From positions 1 to 64,000 of the forward strand of contig JAYSWN010000020.1 of assembly GCA_043718025.1 (NCBI GenBank): 64,000 bases of DNA, read 5' to 3'. Below are positions 63,541 through 64,000 of this stretch, in pieces. A program made the position numbers and the translations under genes. The stretch is from Pseudomonadota bacterium. Its GTDB lineage: Bacteria; Bdellovibrionota; FAC87; UBA2466. The notes below the pieces were generated by a model. That model saw only the letters and a list, made by a program, of their open reading frames with translations, ran no database searches and was not told the DNA's origin. Positions within the stretch are counted from its first letter, which is position 1; every line of letters begins with the position of its first letter.

Positions 63541-64000
63541 ATGCGTAAAATCATTTTATTCGCTTTGTCGTCGGTACTCTGTTTAACCGCGGTGCGGGGG
63601 CAAGAAATAGTTAAGGCTAATCCGCCGCGCATTAAATCGACTGCGGAATTGCCACGCTTACCCGAGGGACGTTGGTACTCTCAAATAGTAGATCGCGCAC
63701 GCGGCGTTATTCTTCATCGTGAAACGTTCATGATGATTCAGCCGAACGGAGAATCAAGCTCGCACTTTCTTGTCACCAGAGAGCAACCGCTTCCTGAGGG
63801 CTACCAGCCGGGTGACCTGGAAGCCGCTTTGCCCAAGGTGGAAACCAGTCATTGGTACACCTATTCGGAAACTGAAACGGAAAGGCGCGTTTGGGACACC
63901 TACTACGCTTTTGATTCTTATGGTTTCCGGCACACCCGTACCCGGTTTCTGCTTGAAGAGGGGATCAAAAAGAAGGCCGCCGAACCCGCTCCGATTGCCG
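63541..64000 (+). CDS. Secreted protein with domain B, truncated at the window edge (absent from the ORF track)
   Basis: Open from ATG 63541 to the end: MRKIILFALSSVLCLTAVRG...LPEGRWYSQIVD... Confidence 0.8.
   Translation, partial: MRKIILFALSSVLCLTAVRGQEIVKANPPRIKSTAELPRLPEGRWYSQIVDRARGVILHRETFMMIQPNGESSSHFLVTREQPLPEGYQPGDLEAALPKVETSHWYTYSETETERRVWDTYYAFDSYGFRHTRTRFLLEEGIKKKAAEPAPIA

Overview
Bacterial chromosomal window. A Bdellovibrionota/'Deltaproteobacteria'-like origin is an inference from the gene mix, not proven. About 53 kb (5.1-57.9 kb) is one mosaic surface-glycan locus in alternating orientations. It contains AsnB and GmhA genes; an FkbH/MaoC/ACP/GNAT/C-methyltransferase/aminotransferase operon ending in a polyprenol-phosphate GT2; a carbamoyltransferase with SxtJ/SxtK-like partners; GT2s and a WecA/WbpL-type initiator; three paralogous uncharacterised GT-B-like proteins; an MBOAT/SGNH O-acylation set; a Wzm/Wzt exporter; and a complete legionaminic-acid pathway with an amidotransferase/HisF/HisH (acetamidino) module. 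The left flank holds a DsbA lipoprotein, a large secreted trypsin-like protease and a stand-alone HNH endonuclease. The right flank holds TetR, a pentaheme cytochrome c and a run of domain-shuffled secreted proteins. The most unexpected non-coding signals, read by eye, are a ~730-bp degenerate palindrome (3295-4025) just upstream of the HNH gene, a three-copy bipartite intergenic repeat, and an apparent ATT start codon on the CMP-nonulosonate synthetase. No rRNA, tRNA, CRISPR array or transposase was seen. All family assignments come from motif recognition, not database searches.
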